From NCBI RefSeq assembly GCF_000315625.1, contig NW_005434582.1, positions 62,001 through 126,000 of the forward strand: a DNA stretch of 64,000 bases, read 5' to 3'. The translations under genes were made by a program, and so were the position numbers. This document shows, in pieces, positions 10,615 through 30,437 of this stretch. The DNA comes from Guillardia theta CCMP2712. Lineage: Eukaryota; Protista; Cryptophyta. Every line of letters begins with the position of its first letter. Position 1 is the stretch's first letter. Under the pieces are notes generated by a model. The model saw only the letters and a list, made by a program, of their open reading frames with translations. It made no database searches and was not told the origin of the DNA.

Positions 10615-13004
10615 CTAAGAGCCAACCTTATATCTCGTCCCTCCATTAGAGCCAGGGTCGTTGATCTTCACTGAGAGTTGAACCCCGTCGTCAGGGTCAA
10701 CAACCCCAGCCTGACCCCCGGGCATGGCGCCTGTGGATGCTTCAGGGAGGAGAGAAGAGCTGGGGAGGAGCTGGACGAGACCTCCCTCCAAGGATTGCAA
10801 CGATCCGTCACGAGCAAGGCTCAACCCGCAGCCTTGCTGCGTTCCTAGCGGTCTAGAAGCACGAGGTGAGGAGAGGAGAGGAGAGGAAAGCAGGAGCAGG
10901 AGATGACCAAGGAGAAGGAAAGAGAAGGTGGAGAAGGGAAGTAGAAGGGGAGAAGGGCAGAGGAACAAAGAAGAGGAGCAGCGACGAGGAGGTTGAGGAC
11001 TCAAGAAACACAAAGGCTTAACCTTGGGCGGTTCGGGTCTGGAGGAGGGGGGACGTGATCTGCATCATCGTCGGGGTCCCAGGCATCGCGTCGATCGTCG
11101 TCGCCATCTGTGAGCTCGTGCATGTGCTTCTCGTGGTATCGGCTGGCCAGGAAGCATCAGCATCAGCAATCGCTCCTCCTCCGCCCCCCCCCCCCCGCAA
11201 TCGCTCATCTCACTTCCTCTTCTTCCTCGTCTTCATCCTCCTACTCTCGCCCACTCTCCTCTCCTCCTCACCTCCTCATCTCCGCAGAAGATCGTTTGGC
11301 AGGGTCCAGCCACACTCCAAGCTGCCTTGCCTTCCCTCGAATGTGATGCTCGCGCGCGGCCTGGAGGCAACCGTGAGACGACGGGAGCTGAGCTCTTCAG
11401 CCTGAACCTCCACGTTCTTGCTCTTGCAGGTCGCCACATGCGCTTCAGCAGACTTGGCGAGCGTGTCGAGCTCCGTCTGCGGCAGGGGAAACTGAGGCGG
11501 CGACAGCAGGGGGAGGTTCAGACCTTGACGGAAGCGATGCGAGCAAGGGCGTTTGACCTCCGGCGAGCAGTGATCCCCAACCTGAGCCTCTCCTGGTCGT
11601 GTTCCGTCAGGCCAGACGGTCACTTCCCTCCTCCAATACTATCGCCTCCTCAACAAACTACTACTACCAACTCGTCCCCGTTCCTGTCTTCTCTCCTTCC
11701 TCCTCTCCTCTCCTCTTCTCTTCCTCACCTCCTCTCCTCCATACGTGCACACCAGCCCCTCCACCATGGGCAGCGCGTCCTTGGGGAGAGTACACCGGAG
11801 AAGCTCCCAGGTCTCGCGGTCTCCCGTGAGCAGCGAGCCAGCATGCTCTCGTTCTGTCATGGCCATGTTGCGGAAGAGCATGTCGATGTGCCGCACCTGC
11901 ACAGCGACTAAGAGCCTGCGGAGGAGGAAAAAGGAGGAGAGGAGGAAGCGAATAAGAAGTAGAGGAGAAGAGGAGAGAAGAAGAGAGCGTAAGGATCCTT
12001 GAGAGCGTACCAGGTAGTCTCCTGGCATCCCCACAGGGTTCGACATCACACCCTGCATGATCTGCCCGGGGCCCAGAGGATCAGCTTGCTTGTCTACCAT
12101 GGGCACCACCACGACATTGAGCCGCTGCAGCAGGTTGAGCCTCGGGGAGGAGAGGAAGCGATCAGTCCTTGCCTGCAAGATCTTCTCGCCGATCCTCTCA
12201 CGAGACGTGGGCGCCTGGTAAGTTTGTGGCTCGAGCTAGGATACTGTCAAAATCTCGCAAGGGAGAGCGTGGGGAGGACAACACCTGCGCATACTTGCTC
12301 TGGGGACCAGTAGGCTCCTCGTTGGCCTGATACTGCGAGTGAGCGAGAAGCAGCTGCAGGCAGCAGGATAAGACCTGCTCGTTGGCGATCCGGATGATCT
12401 CTTGCATGGTCGCGGAGTACTCGTCGATGTAGAGGCTGATCAATCGCTGTCTTGGCACGAGCATCCAGTGCTCCACCATGTCGTCGAAGGACTGCTTGCC
12501 CATCAGGGCCAGGCAGACTCGGAGGAGAGCAGCGACGTGCGCAGGATTCGTGTCGTGATCTGACTTGATCCCGAACGCCTTCACGTCCAGCCGGCCCTCC
12601 GACACTGCGCACTTGAGCTGAACCAACCGCATATGCAGGGCAGTCGCCTGGTCGGAGAGGCGCATGGGGAGGACGGACCGCTGCAACGTGCTGCATCCCT
12701 TCTTGAGCGTCTGGGTGGCAGAGGGAGGGAGGGGAAGCTCGATGAGGGTGCTGGGAGGCGGCTGCTCCTGCCCCTTGAACTGCTTGGGATGCTTGTCCAC
12801 ATGGACTCCTCGGAGAATCTGAGTCTGGTAGGACTCCGCCTTGAAGAGAAGGGATCTGAGACGGTCGATGCAAGCGACTAGGATGTTGGGTTGTTTGTGC
12901 TCGAGGGCTGCGATCAGCCGGTCTGGCGGCACCTCCATGATCGACGACATGGACAGCTGCATCGGCATTCCGCCACCCACGCGATCATCAAGCACGACGG
13001 ACAT
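10615..13004 (-). CDS. Multi-exon hypothetical protein
   Basis: Long first exon 13004-12285 (MSVVLDDR...), GT-AG intron to 12214, further GC-rich exons, last exon ending ..GTRYKVGS*. Confidence 0.65.
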
Positions 13005-14880
13005 GCTGGGTCGACAAGGCGCAGGTGCTGCACAACTATCGAGGAAAGTTTTTCACCCCTGAATGCTCCTGTGAGGAATGTCAGAACGATGCGGAAATCG
13101 ACGCAAGCATAGTGGAATATTGTTAGCTCCAAAACAAAGATACGGGTTACTTTCTGTGGTTAGCGTCTGTTCTTCAGCCTTGAGGAGATCGGATCAAACC
13201 GTATCAAGAGAGTAGTATGCGTCTTGATCGTCAATCAGTCAAAAGGGGGGGGAAGATGCCGCTAGCAAGGAGGAAAACGGGGCCGTAAGGGGGCAAGGCT
13301 TGCAAGTGAACACAACGGGGCAGCTGCTCAGCACACCATGGGTTTAGAAGGGGAAGGAGGGGGAGAGGGATGGGCTGTGGGGAGGAAGAGGTGGAGCGAG
13401 AGGAGGGTGGCATCCGTAGCGGGGAGGAGGAGGAGGAGACATGCTCTGCTAGGTTTTGAGCCCATGCCCTCCATTGCGACAAGAGGGTCAACAGGCTCCT
13501 TCTAGCATGGAAGTACTCGATGATTAGGGGAAACAGTGGTCGATGGTGGGGTGGGGGTGGGGTAAACAGAACCTAGTGGGGAAAACTTTCGAGACTAGGG
13601 GTACCACCAGGGTTGAGCAGTACCAAGACCGGACTAGGGGTGGTATTGATATTTAGTACCATTTTATTTTAGGTATACTATTTCAGTAGTCATGTAGTTC
13701 AAACATTCCGTACAAATATAAATATGTTTTCAATATTAGTACTGATTATTTTGATCAATATATCAACTGAAGGAGTTTGGCAAGGTCTTGTGGCCCGGCC
13801 ATCAAAAATAACGGCTGTAACCGTACAGAGAGATTGGCGATACAGGGAGGGTAGGGGGTGGGTATAGAAAATTATGACCCACCCTATTCGTACTCAATGA
13901 TATGGAGCTAGACGGGGTCTAATGTCCACGGGTCGTCAAGAATATCCAGCAGGGTTAGGTAGAAGGGGTGGGTAGTGGATGGTCCCGCAATGCTGGATGA
14001 GATGCGAAGGGTTGTGGAGATAGAAACAGCAAGTGGGGAGGAATGCTGACGGATCGATGGCATAACACCGCCTGTGCATGTGATCATGTGCTGCTTCTAC
14101 TGTGTCCTTCAGCGCTTTGAAAGTATGTTCCTCATGGTTGTTGTTGCAAGTTGTGAAGGATGGGGTTCCCCAGCGACTAGTGTGTCTGCCTCAAGTGTGT
14201 TACAAGCTGTTGATATTGCCAGGTTGATGTCTGAAATCGATCATTCTTTTATCTTTGGCTCTAACGATAACCGGCTCACCTGTCATGCGAATGTCTTATC
14301 TCGGTCTCACTGAAGATTGAACACGTCACCTGTCACCTTCGATTTCAACTTTTCATCTGATTCCCCCCTGTGACGTTTAGTGGCCACTTGAGTGCAGAAG
14401 CCCTCGAGTGTATCAAATTGATCTTTTAATCCAACACTCTCTAGCATCCGCTGCTGCTCGAAGAAACGGGACCAACATACCCTTACAAAGACCTAGCTTT
14501 TCGACCTAGCTTTTGGCTACCCAGTACCTTCATCTCTGTACATCTGATTGAGACCCGAGCAATGATTTCCCTCCTCTGTAGTACAATCCCTGCGATCACT
14601 GAAATTTTCTCTCCAACAATCGTGATGACTCACTTCATGTTGTTTCCCACGCCTTTCCCATAGCACCTGTTCCCTTGCCTGTCTTGGCCTGCTTGATGCC
14701 TACTTGATGCCTACACGCGACTTTTTCTGCCTGTTTTATTGTGTTTTTCCATTTTCTCCCCGATCGAGCAATCTTAGTTATATTACCGAGACGAAAGAGC
14801 CCAAAGCTTTGAATGCCGCAAGTGACATTTTCTGACATCCCCCGTTTGTTCAGGCTGGATTTTCTCTTTCGCCATCGAAG

Positions 14881-15349
14881 ATGCATTGTCTTCTTCGTTT
14901 CGTCGCTCTCTTCATCGCTGTACAGTGCATCTATGGCCAAGGTACATCTCTAGAGGCCCCACCATGCTCGATGCCCTGACTCTGCTCGCGCCGTCTCAGG
15001 ATACAACCTGAGGAATGGGGGGAACGTAGCGCTTGCGAACTCTGAGCCACTGGTTACCGCGAGGACGATCGAAAGAGCGAAGCAGCTGTCCATGGGAACT
15101 CCCTTGAAGGGCATCCGAGTCTTCGTTCCCGAGGGCCAGACAGCCCAGCGAGCGGTGGAGAACCAGCTCGCTGCTCAGCACATCAAGATCGCTCCCAAGG
15201 GGACTATGCTGGAGGCTGCGGAGTCGACCTCAGCATACGCCAACGTGCCATGGTGGGTGTTCCTACTGACGTTCTTCGGATCCATCGGCACTATCTGTGC
15301 CATGTTCTACATCACTGAGAGGATGTGGGACAAGAGACAACAGAGCTGA
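14881..15349 (+). CDS. Small type I membrane protein, 136 aa (exons 14881-14941, 15000-15349)
   Basis: Signal peptide MHCLLRFVALFIAVQCIYG; phase-1 GT-AG intron; C-terminal TM VPWWVFLLTFFGSIGTICAMFYI then a short tail. Confidence 0.75.
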
Positions 15350-15731
15350 TGAGTGAGATGAAGTCGAGCCCCAGCGCATTAAAGACAGCCATTGAAAGCG
15401 TTCAGAACTGCAGCGCGCTAGTTTGAAGGGTGTCCTAGCACTACAGTGCAGGAGAGATGTGCGAGGGGGAAGGAGAGGAGTAGATCAGGGGCGAGCATAG
15501 TTGGACAGCCGCATGCCCCCTCCATCAGTGCGATGGTCCTGAAGCGTGCGAGGCTCGAAGAGGAAGGAAGAGAGCTGCTTCTAAGGACCTGACACGTCCT
15601 CCGACCTGCTTCCACTTGCTCTTGCGCCCTGTCAACGCCATATCCTCAAACAGCGATCACCTCACCCTCCTATCCCTTCTCGGCCATCAGCTCCCGCTCC
15701 TTCTCTGCAGCGCTGCAGGCAGGCATGCGCA

Positions 15732-16703
15732 TTGAGGGTCTCGGGAAGGAAGAGGAGGACCCGGTGGTGCAGCAGCCAGCGGCTTGACGAGCCGCCGGCT
15801 GGCGATGAGCTGGAGGCGAAAAGTCAACAGGTCCAAACCCAGGAGAAGGCGCAAAAGGGGCAGGAAGGAAGGGGGGGGGGAGGGGGAGGGGCGGCGGAGA
15901 GAGTGAGGATGGCGAGGTAGGCATGAGAGGGAAGTAACTGTAAGCTCCTTCAGCAGCTCCTTGACGTCAACGTGAAGATCACCCCGATGGCGACAGGATC
16001 CCGCTCCCTCGGCCTCCCCGGCCCCTGCAGAGGTCAGGCATAGCAAAGGGATGGGAGGTGGGGATGAGGATGCAACACGAGGCCAAGATGCCTCAGGAGG
16101 AGGAGGAGGAGGAGGAGGAGGAGGAGGAGGAAGAGCGAGGAGGAGACGAAGGCGCAATGTGCACCTCCCCTCCTCCGTTCGTGCTAGAGCCGTCAGAGCT
16201 ATCAGTCCTAGTGTACCTCTCCTGCCTCTGCCTCTGCTGACTGCCGCCATCCATGCAGAGATCACCGGCTATGAGCCGCATCGTGCGGATCATGCGGCAG
16301 CAGAGGATGGGAGGGAGAGCGCGAGATGGCTGACCGGACTGTCTGCCATGGCAACCAAGAAGGATCCCCCATCGTTGTGCGGGAGGTTATCATGGTAGGA
16401 GGACGTGGATGTCTGTTGCTAGAGCAGAGATGATCGAAGTCCTTTCAGGCTGCTGTTCTTCCCTTTCATCCTAGTCGGCAACTCAATCTTCATCTTCCTT
16501 CTACCTTGCCTTCAAGTCTACGCGGACAGGTGGCATGCTGGATAGGTGGCGTTGAGGGATGGGTTGACGATGCTCAGGCTCTTTGGGAGATGTTTCATGG
16601 GCATCGGGCGCTACTGCTGCTGCTTCTGCTTCTGCCGATGCTGGAGGAGGAAGAGGAAGTGTGTGTGCTTCGAGTTCGAGGTGAAGATCGAAGAGAGAGA
16701 TGA

Positions 16704-16735
<32 letters not shown>

Positions 16736-18955
16736 AAGGAGCAGGAGCAGGAGCAAGAGCAGGAAGACAACTGAAAGAGCAGGAGGAGCTAGTGGATTGT
16801 GATGGGAGGAGCAGGAGGAGCAGGAGGAGCAGGAGGAGAAGTAAGTGAAGGAGTTGACGAGGAAGACAAGAGGTGGTGGGAAGGAAGGTTGGGGAGGGGC
16901 AGGGTGATAAGGGAGGGAGACAGGAGTGGAGAGGATGGGAATGGTAATCCAACGCATGCCCGAACAGGACAAGTCGTTTCCTCCCAATTCCACATCGCTG
17001 GGTAACTGGAAAGGAAGGCAAGCAAACAAGACCCTCCGTCCCCTGCTTAACGCACGTGGCAGGTCAAGGGAGAATCTCGATGCGGCGATCCTGTGGAAAC
17101 GAGCAGGAGACTTGTGGGAGGGCCCAGCAGCTCGGCTGTTCAAGAAGAGAAGCTCACCGGAGGACATCGCGCAGGTTCCTTGATGGTTGACAGAGGAACG
17201 AGAGCTGAACACGCTGTTGCTGCTCAGGGGCAGCTGGGGGACTGCTGGTAAGGGGAGGGAGATGGAGAGGGGGTGAGGGGGTGGCTGTAGCAGGGGAACT
17301 GCTGGTAAGGGGATGGTGTTGGGGAGGGGCAGTGAGAGATGTTGTGGCGCAGGCTACTTGCTGCGCTCGCGTGCTTGTCCGAGCGAGCTGGGGCGATCGA
17401 GAGATGTTTTGAGACGCGAGAAATCAGCGTGAGAGGACTGTACAAGCTCAAGCTCTATGATGGGCAGCGAGAAGAGTGAGAGGAGGAGCAGGGGAGGAGG
17501 GGAGGAGGGAAGGAGAGGAGAGGGGAAGAGGAGGAACTGGGAGAGGAGAAGGGGACGGAGAAGTCAGTAACGGGCCTAAATAGATGGGTTCGCATGATTA
17601 TCGACGATTACCTTCCAACAGAGCACGGTCAGGTAAAGCAGTTCTCTACCCTCTACTCTCCTCCTCTGCTCCTCTCTAAACTTACCATCCTGTTGGTCTT
17701 TTCTTGTCTCTTGCCCTCGTTTTCTTCCTGCCTCTCCGCAACATCCCACCAACTGATACTCCACAGCCAATCTTTGCTCAGCCCAATGGAAGGGAGATCT
17801 GGGTTCTGCTATTGGAGAAAGCTTTTGCAAAGGTTGCAAATCAAACTGGAACAAATTGAGGAGACTGACCTGTTCCTTGTCTTGTCTTCATGTTGTTTTT
17901 CTTCATGTTGTCTTGGCTTGCATTGTAGTTTTGCGGAGACTATCAGTCCCTGGCAGGAATGAAACGCTGCAGTCATCCAGCCAGATCTCAGTGATGGTAT
18001 TGGAACAGGCGGGCATATCCTATGGGCGTTTCAAGCCATGACGGGAGACAATGTGATGCATTTCTCCAAGGAAGACAGCAAGTGAGTTTACAGCTCTTGC
18101 TCCGTCCCGTCTGCCTGACTCGGTCGTTAGGTGGTGCAGATACGACATGCGACAACCTACTGACGAGAACAACAAGAGGAGAATCGGGTTGAGAAAGTGA
18201 GCGCTAGATGAGGGAAGACAGGCGGACAGACAGGCAGGGAGAAAGACGGGAAGGAAGGGAGGGAGCATAGGAGGGAGCGTGGAACAGAGGAAAGGAAGGA
18301 GACAGAGGGACGGAGAAAGGGAGGGAGGAAGAGAGAGAGGAGGGGGGGGGGGGGAGGGAGGGAGAGAGGGAGGCATCCCAGCTCGTGATGCATTTCACCT
18401 TCGTCATGATGTATCTTCAGCCTGACGTCTCTGGACCTGCAGAACGGAGCCGCCGGAAGAGTACAAAGACGACGAATTCTACAAGATTCTACAAACTTAC
18501 GATGCGGTAGACAGAGGCGTTGACAACCCTTCTTGACGAGCCACCTTGTAGCTGAGGTCTGTGATGGGAGCGGGTTCGGATCTGGATGGTTCTGTCTCTG
18601 TGAGAAATCTCTTCTCTGTTGGTTCATGTTCTCACATGTTCCTACTGTTCACACATTTTCCTCCTTCTCACATTTTCCTGCTGCTGTGACTTGTTGGATG
18701 TTAGTCGAGAAACGGAATTCGACCAGGTCACGCGTACAGGTAGGTTTGAGTTGTGATGAAGAGCAAACTTACTTGAGCCAGCATCATCTCAACGCAGAAA
18801 GTGAACAAATTTTGTATGTTGCAACTGCGCGACCCCTGGGGGGCATTTGATTGGTCGGGTGAGAAGACAAGAAGAGAAGAAGGGTGAAAATTGAAGGAGG
18901 ATAGGAAGAGAGTGAAATTCAGAGATGAAGGAGAAGAAGACAAGTCGATGGAGAG

Positions 18956-19003
<48 letters not shown>

Positions 19004-20130
19004 GAGGACGAGGAGGAGGGGGACGAGGACGAGAAGGAGGACGAGGAGGAGGAGGAGACAGGTAAAGTGAGATGAGGAGAACAGGGTAGTTGTTCGAGGA
19101 AGTAGTAGAAGATGAAAACGTAGAAGAAAAGCAGAGTGAATAGAACAATCAGGGATCGACTACAAGTCCACGAGGATAGAGGCAGGTGGAGGTTGAGGAC
19201 AGTTGCCAACTCTCATTTTAGGTGATTGGTCGGCCAAGAGTTCACTATGGAAGCAACATCCCAACGTCGCCAAAGTAAGCAAGACTTTGACGTTTCCAAC
19301 AGAATTGAGGAGTTTCCGATCTCTTTTTGAACTCTTGCACGCAGGCGTGTAAGTTTGACGAGAGCGGGAAAGGATTCTTTTGGATGGAGATGAAGGTGAC
19401 TCATGAGTCGAGCGTTCGGGCAGTTTTGATCTGAGAGTTGTTGGTAGGACTTCATAAGACATTTCGACTACATCGACATATGTCACAGGTAGCAAGCGTA
19501 AAAGATGTCGGACAAACTATCTCATCATTGTCGTTCCTGCAACCGCAACTATCTACTTTTCTCGCTCCAGACAACAACACCTGCAAATCTTCTTGAATAC
19601 TTCTCATATCTATCACCTCAACCAAGATTTTGTTTTCAACAATCATTACAATCATTACAATCGTCATCGTCGTTGTCATCGTGAATGTTTCACAGCAAAC
19701 TTGAATGAGAGCAAGCAAAGACGTTGAGAAAGTGATGACTGGGCATCTTGTATCAGGAGGACAGGAGTGGGTGACCTCCGACTTGAGATCGACGAAACAT
19801 CTGGATGCTGCGGCCCTTTAAGCGGATGCATGTACTTGCTCTAATCAACCATGATGATGATGAGGAGGAGGAGGAGGAGGAGGAGGAGGAGGAGGAGGAG
19901 GAGGAGGAGGAGGAGGAGGAAGATCATGATCATGATCATGGAGGTGGTGGTGATGATCATGGTAATGATAGCAAAGATCTGTTGTCCGTGTGCTTATCGC
20001 CTGCCTTGAACCTCAAGTTGGACAATTCTGATCGTCTTGCAGGAAAGGCTGTGCGTCCTACTACTGCTGCTGTCGAGGATGCAGTGCTCTCTGTTGCGAG
20101 CAGGAAAACTTTCTTGAAAGATGTCAGTGA
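15732..20130 (+). CDS. Calpain-family cysteine protease (CysPc) with Cys-rich C-terminus; many exons, 5' end uncertain
   Basis: D.SFPP, W.RA, DIAQGQLGDCW (Cys 17243-17245), IIDDYLP, WVLLLEKAFAK, GHAYS (His 18729-18731), LRDPWG, GDWS, GFFWM..DF..HF; ends KGCASYYCCCRGCSALCCEQENFLERCQ*. Confidence 0.9.
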
Positions 20131-20321
20131 GAACGTGACGTGATGTGTTTGAGCAGGAGAGCAGGACTGAGACTGTCAGACCGAGCAAAACATGTTGCTG
20201 TGTGTGACGACAGGGATTTCACACCGCAACGAGAAATTTTTATCGAGTTTCACAAAATCTTTCCACAAAAATTTTAACGGTGGAGAGAAGAGGAGAGAAG
20301 ATTTCAACCTTGGACGAGAGA

Positions 20322-26429
<6,108 letters not shown>

Positions 26430-27168
26430 GACAATGACGCTGAGGTCAACCTAGTCGACGTTCTTGTCGGACAACCTGACAACCGAAGACGATCGTAAAG
26501 ACTCTACCGCCACCCTCCAATCGATCAATGATGAATCTACCGTGAGGTCTCTCCCTCTATCCTTCCCTCCTTAGCTCTACCTCCTCCCCTCCCTCCCTCC
26601 CTCGCAAGAAGAGGAAACATAACAAGCTCTATCTCGTACTTTGCTTATCATTCCATGTCGCTAAACCGTGACGCTTGGTTTTTACACTCTCCACTAAACT
26701 CTCTCATCAGGACCTTTCTCCTCCTCCTTTCTCGCCTGCCCACTCCACAAAGCTCAAGCGCGCTGGGAGGAGGATTGTTCTGCGGCGAGACAAGTGCATC
26801 TCTGTCTTGGCCTGAGTCTCCATTCGGTCTGCTTTCTACATCTCCGTACTCGTCCACTCCTTCCTTCTTCCTTCCTTTCCCTCCTCCACGCTCCTGATGC
26901 CCCTCGCTTACGCTTTTCTCTTCGCAACCAGCCTTGTCTCTGCACCATTCTCTCTCCTCCTCCCTCGCCTCTTCCTTCCTTCCGTTCTCCTCCTCCATTG
27001 CCATGCGCCTCCCTCCTCCCTCCCTCACGCCTGCCTCGCCCTCCTGCATTTGCCGCGTGCTGGGGACACTAAAATCACTCAACAAGGCAAAATCGCTCAA
27101 GTAAAGGCAGGAAGAAACCTGCAGGGAGGTTGTGGGGAGAGCAACGCCGGGAGAGAGGAAGCAAGAGG

Positions 27169-28857
27169 ATGTCGAAGCCAGCGCCATCATGGCTCAAGGG
27201 ATTCGCGGGCAAGAGGAAGGAGGCTGCTAAGGAAAGCACCCCGTCCTTCGATGCCAAGGTGTCGCTCTACCTCCTGAACGATCTCAGTGCTGAGATGGCT
27301 GAATGCAGAAGGCCAAGACTGCGCAGGAGGAGGGAGAGGGTGAGCTTGCCTTTCCCTGTGCCGTGCGAGTGCCGACGGCACGCAGGGATCGAGGACTACA
27401 TGGCAGACCACATCCTACCGCAGGACGAGGCGTCATCGCGCAGACGGGTGTGCTGCGTCCTGCTCTGCGCCATCGGTGGAGTGATCTGGAAGGGTCAGGT
27501 GGAGAGGAACACAGAGAAGACGAGGCCGTTGAAGGAGAGAATGAGCGAAGCACTGGACAAGGCAGGAGCTGAGAGCGTGCGAGGTGTGCCTGACATGGCG
27601 CGCTCAGGGGCTCAGCAACCCCATCGGTAACGACAACATCGGGTTCCGGCTGGTAACTTTGCGCCTGCTGGGGGGTAGGTGGTAGTTATAGCATGCCGGC
27701 AGTTGTCGAAGATGGGATTCAAGGAGGGCCAGGTGTTATGAATCTTCATGTTTTTCCTGTGTTTCATCTCCTTTCAATCCTTCTGCCCTCCTTTCTCCAT
27801 TCTGTGTCCTTCTATCCTGTTTTCTCCCTCCTGTTCTTTCCTCTCTCTCCCTCCCTCTCTCTCCCTCTCTCCGTTCCTCCCATCCATCCCTCCCTCCCTC
27901 TCCCTCCCTCTCTCTCTTTCGCTTCAACGTGCTCACGAGGATGGCAGGGGCTGGGGAAGGAGAAGAGCGGGCTAGCAGCTCCGCTAGATATTCACATGAA
28001 GGTAGATGCTTCTGTTGACGCTGAGGAGGGAAGGAGACGACTTGACCGCCCAGAAGGCAAGCAGGAGGGGTCTTGGAGTCGAAGAGGAGACGAGGAGGAT
28101 AGCCCAGGAGCAGGCAAGAAACAAGGTGAACACGGCGTTTCGTCCCTAAGATGTCTGACTGAGAATGTAAGGCCGAGAACGTATCCAACCTCAAGGACTC
28201 CTTCCTCTCGAGGCAGAAGGCAAACTTCGAGACGAAGCAGGTGTAAGCACTGGCAACGTTCTCCCTCCTCATCCTCCTCTCGCTCTTCCAGAACATACGG
28301 GACCTCTCGAGGGCGCAGAAAGTTTGCGAGACCCTCGACCGAGCAGCAGGTGATGTGCCCCTGTACCTCCTCCCTCTTCCGCGTTCGGCCGACATGACGC
28401 ATCGCGCCAGGTCTTGAGAATCCTCAGCTGTGGGGCATCTCCATGGACGAGGACGGGAAGCTGGCGGGAGAAGAGGCAGTGGAGCAGCGGATAGAGGCTC
28501 CTGATGGGAGCGCGTACTCCCGTGTTGTGAGCGGCAGACCTCAGGACAGGAGCGAGATGTCGCCGGAGGACATCGTCTCCCTGCTGTCAAGGTGAATTTC
28601 CCCTCAGCTCCGCCTACCTGAGACGCTTGCGCCCAACAGCATCATTCTCCACCTCCGGACCGTGCATCACTTCTGCTTCCCCTGCAGCGGGCGCTTCCCA
28701 TCGGCAGAGGTCGAGGGTCGTGATGCAGTCTCGGGCTTTGGTGACGTCACTACAGGAGGTCGAAGGGCATCTGCAACAGTCGGACGACTGCCTGCAGCGG
28801 TTCCAGCAGCTCGGGAAGGGACAGGAGGAGAACGATTTGGATTTCAGTGACTTCTGA
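27169..28857 (+). CDS. GPATCH11: G-patch domain protein, GPATCH11/CCDC75-like, multi-exon
   Basis: EDYM..; G-patch (PIGNDNIGFRL/LSKMGFKEGQG/GLGKEKSGLAAPL); AQKVCETLD; C-terminal HLRTVHHFCFPCSGRF (DUF4187-like). Confidence 0.75.
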
Positions 28858-28901
28858 AGGAGACAAATATACAAGAATCATATGTTGAACCATCCAACGT
28901 G

Positions 28902-29297
28902 CTAGAGCTCTATGCCCAGCCTCTTCTGCTTATCTCGGATGTAGATGGACGTCATCATAAAGCCCAACGTCACGCCTTGGGCCACCACACGCGCCCTCAT
29001 GAAAACTTGCGAAGCCATCTTGTTTCCCTTCTGGAACTGCCGAAACCCTGAAAGGAGGATGCCTGCAGTGATCACACAACCTGCCCATACTCGTAAGGAC
29101 GCTGCAACTTGCGCATGCCAGCGGTGGGTCACCGAGAGGCACCACGGGACTCTGTGCTCCGAGGTATCTGTAGAGAAACCTATCGAAGTCTGAAATCTCT
29201 GCATGGAGAAGGCACGGGTCAATGACAGTTTGGCTTCAACGTAAACTCTTACCTGTCTTGTTCGCTTTTGCGTTATCCTCCATCCCTGAACAGGCAT
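28902..29297 (-). CDS. HIG1-domain (Rcf1/HIGD-like) mitochondrial inner-membrane protein; 5' end uncertain
   Basis: P.VPLG|CVITAGILLSGFRQFQKGNKMASQVFMRARVVAQGVTLGFM is the HIG1 signature. Confidence 0.85.
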   Translation of the reverse strand: MPVQGWRITQKRTRQVRVYVEAKLSLTRAFSMQRFQTSIGFSTDTSEHRVPWCLSVTHRWHAQVAASLRVWAGCVITAGILLSGFRQFQKGNKMASQVFMRARVVAQGVTLGFMMTSIYIRDKQKRLGIEL

Positions 29298-29627
29298 CGT
29301 TTAGCAAAAGGTAGGAGGGGCATCGAAGATTGTTCTGCATCACGCAAGTTCCTCTCACAAATTGCTTCGAACTGATATATTAGATGTTCAATAACAAACT
29401 TTGACGAACACAGCACAAATTCATCACTCTTTGGCATATATCTATCAGTTAGACACATACTACACCCTGCTGCACTCTCTAAGTGCAAAAGAAGCTCCAT
29501 AGAACCCAAGGAACCTTGCTGCAGCAGGATGCACGAACCCAATCCCAGCATTCTTTGCTATTTTTGCTGATCACGAAGTCGCAGGGCGGCATGATCTACT
29601 CATTACAATGCTTGCTTGTGTCCCTTA

Positions 29628-30078
29628 TCTCCTCTCCTCTCCTCTCCTTCCTTCTCTCTCCTCTCCTCTCCTGACCTCACCTCTCCTGACCTCACCTCTC
29701 CTCTCCTCTCCTCTCCTCTCCTCTCCTCTCCTCTCCTCTCCTCTCCTCTCCTCTCCTCTCCTCTCCTCTCCTCTCCTCTCCTTCCCTTCCCTTCCCTCCC
29801 CTCCCCTTCATCTCCTCCTCCTCTCCTCTCCTCTCCTCTCCTCTCCTCTCCTCTCCTCTCCTCTCCTCTCCTCTCCTCTCCTCTCCTCTCCTCTCCTCTC
29901 CTCTCCTCTCCTCTCCTCTCCTCTCCTCTCCTCTCCTTCCCTTCCCTCCCCTCCCCTTCATCTCCTCTCCTCCTCCTCTCCTCTCCTCTCCTCTCCTCTC
30001 CTCTCCTCTCCTTCCCTTCCCTCTCCTTCCCTTCCCTCTCCTTCCCTTCCCTCCCCTCTCCTTCATCTCCTCTCCTCT
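29628..30078. repeat. (CTCTC)n pyrimidine microsatellite
   Basis: Direct reading. Confidence 0.95.
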
Positions 30079-30437
30079 CAACTGCGCCCCCTTTCCCCCT
30101 CCTTCGGCCATGCACCCAAAGCGCCGCCAAACTTGAAAGCAGGCAGACCGGAGAGAAATTCGGCGCCGGGCGCCACCAGCCCGGCCATGGCCCGGCCATG
30201 GGGCCTGGGGTTTTGGCGCGGTCTGCAAAGGTTTGTGGAGGCTTGACTTTCGCGGTAGTTTGAAACCTCTCTGAAAGTATTTCAATGCCCTCAAAACCAC
30301 CCGGTCTTTTGATGATCAAGTACCCACATAAGTATGTCCATCCCAAGCCGAAGTTCTCTTTGAGCTCTGATTTCGACCTCAAAGCTCAACCCTCCCCAGT
30401 CTAAGCACCCCTCTCGCGAAACCGCGAAACTATCGCT

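Noticed and set aside
29603-30382. ORFs with GEERR/PLLSS repeats
   Set aside because: Artefacts of the (CTCTC)n microsatellite
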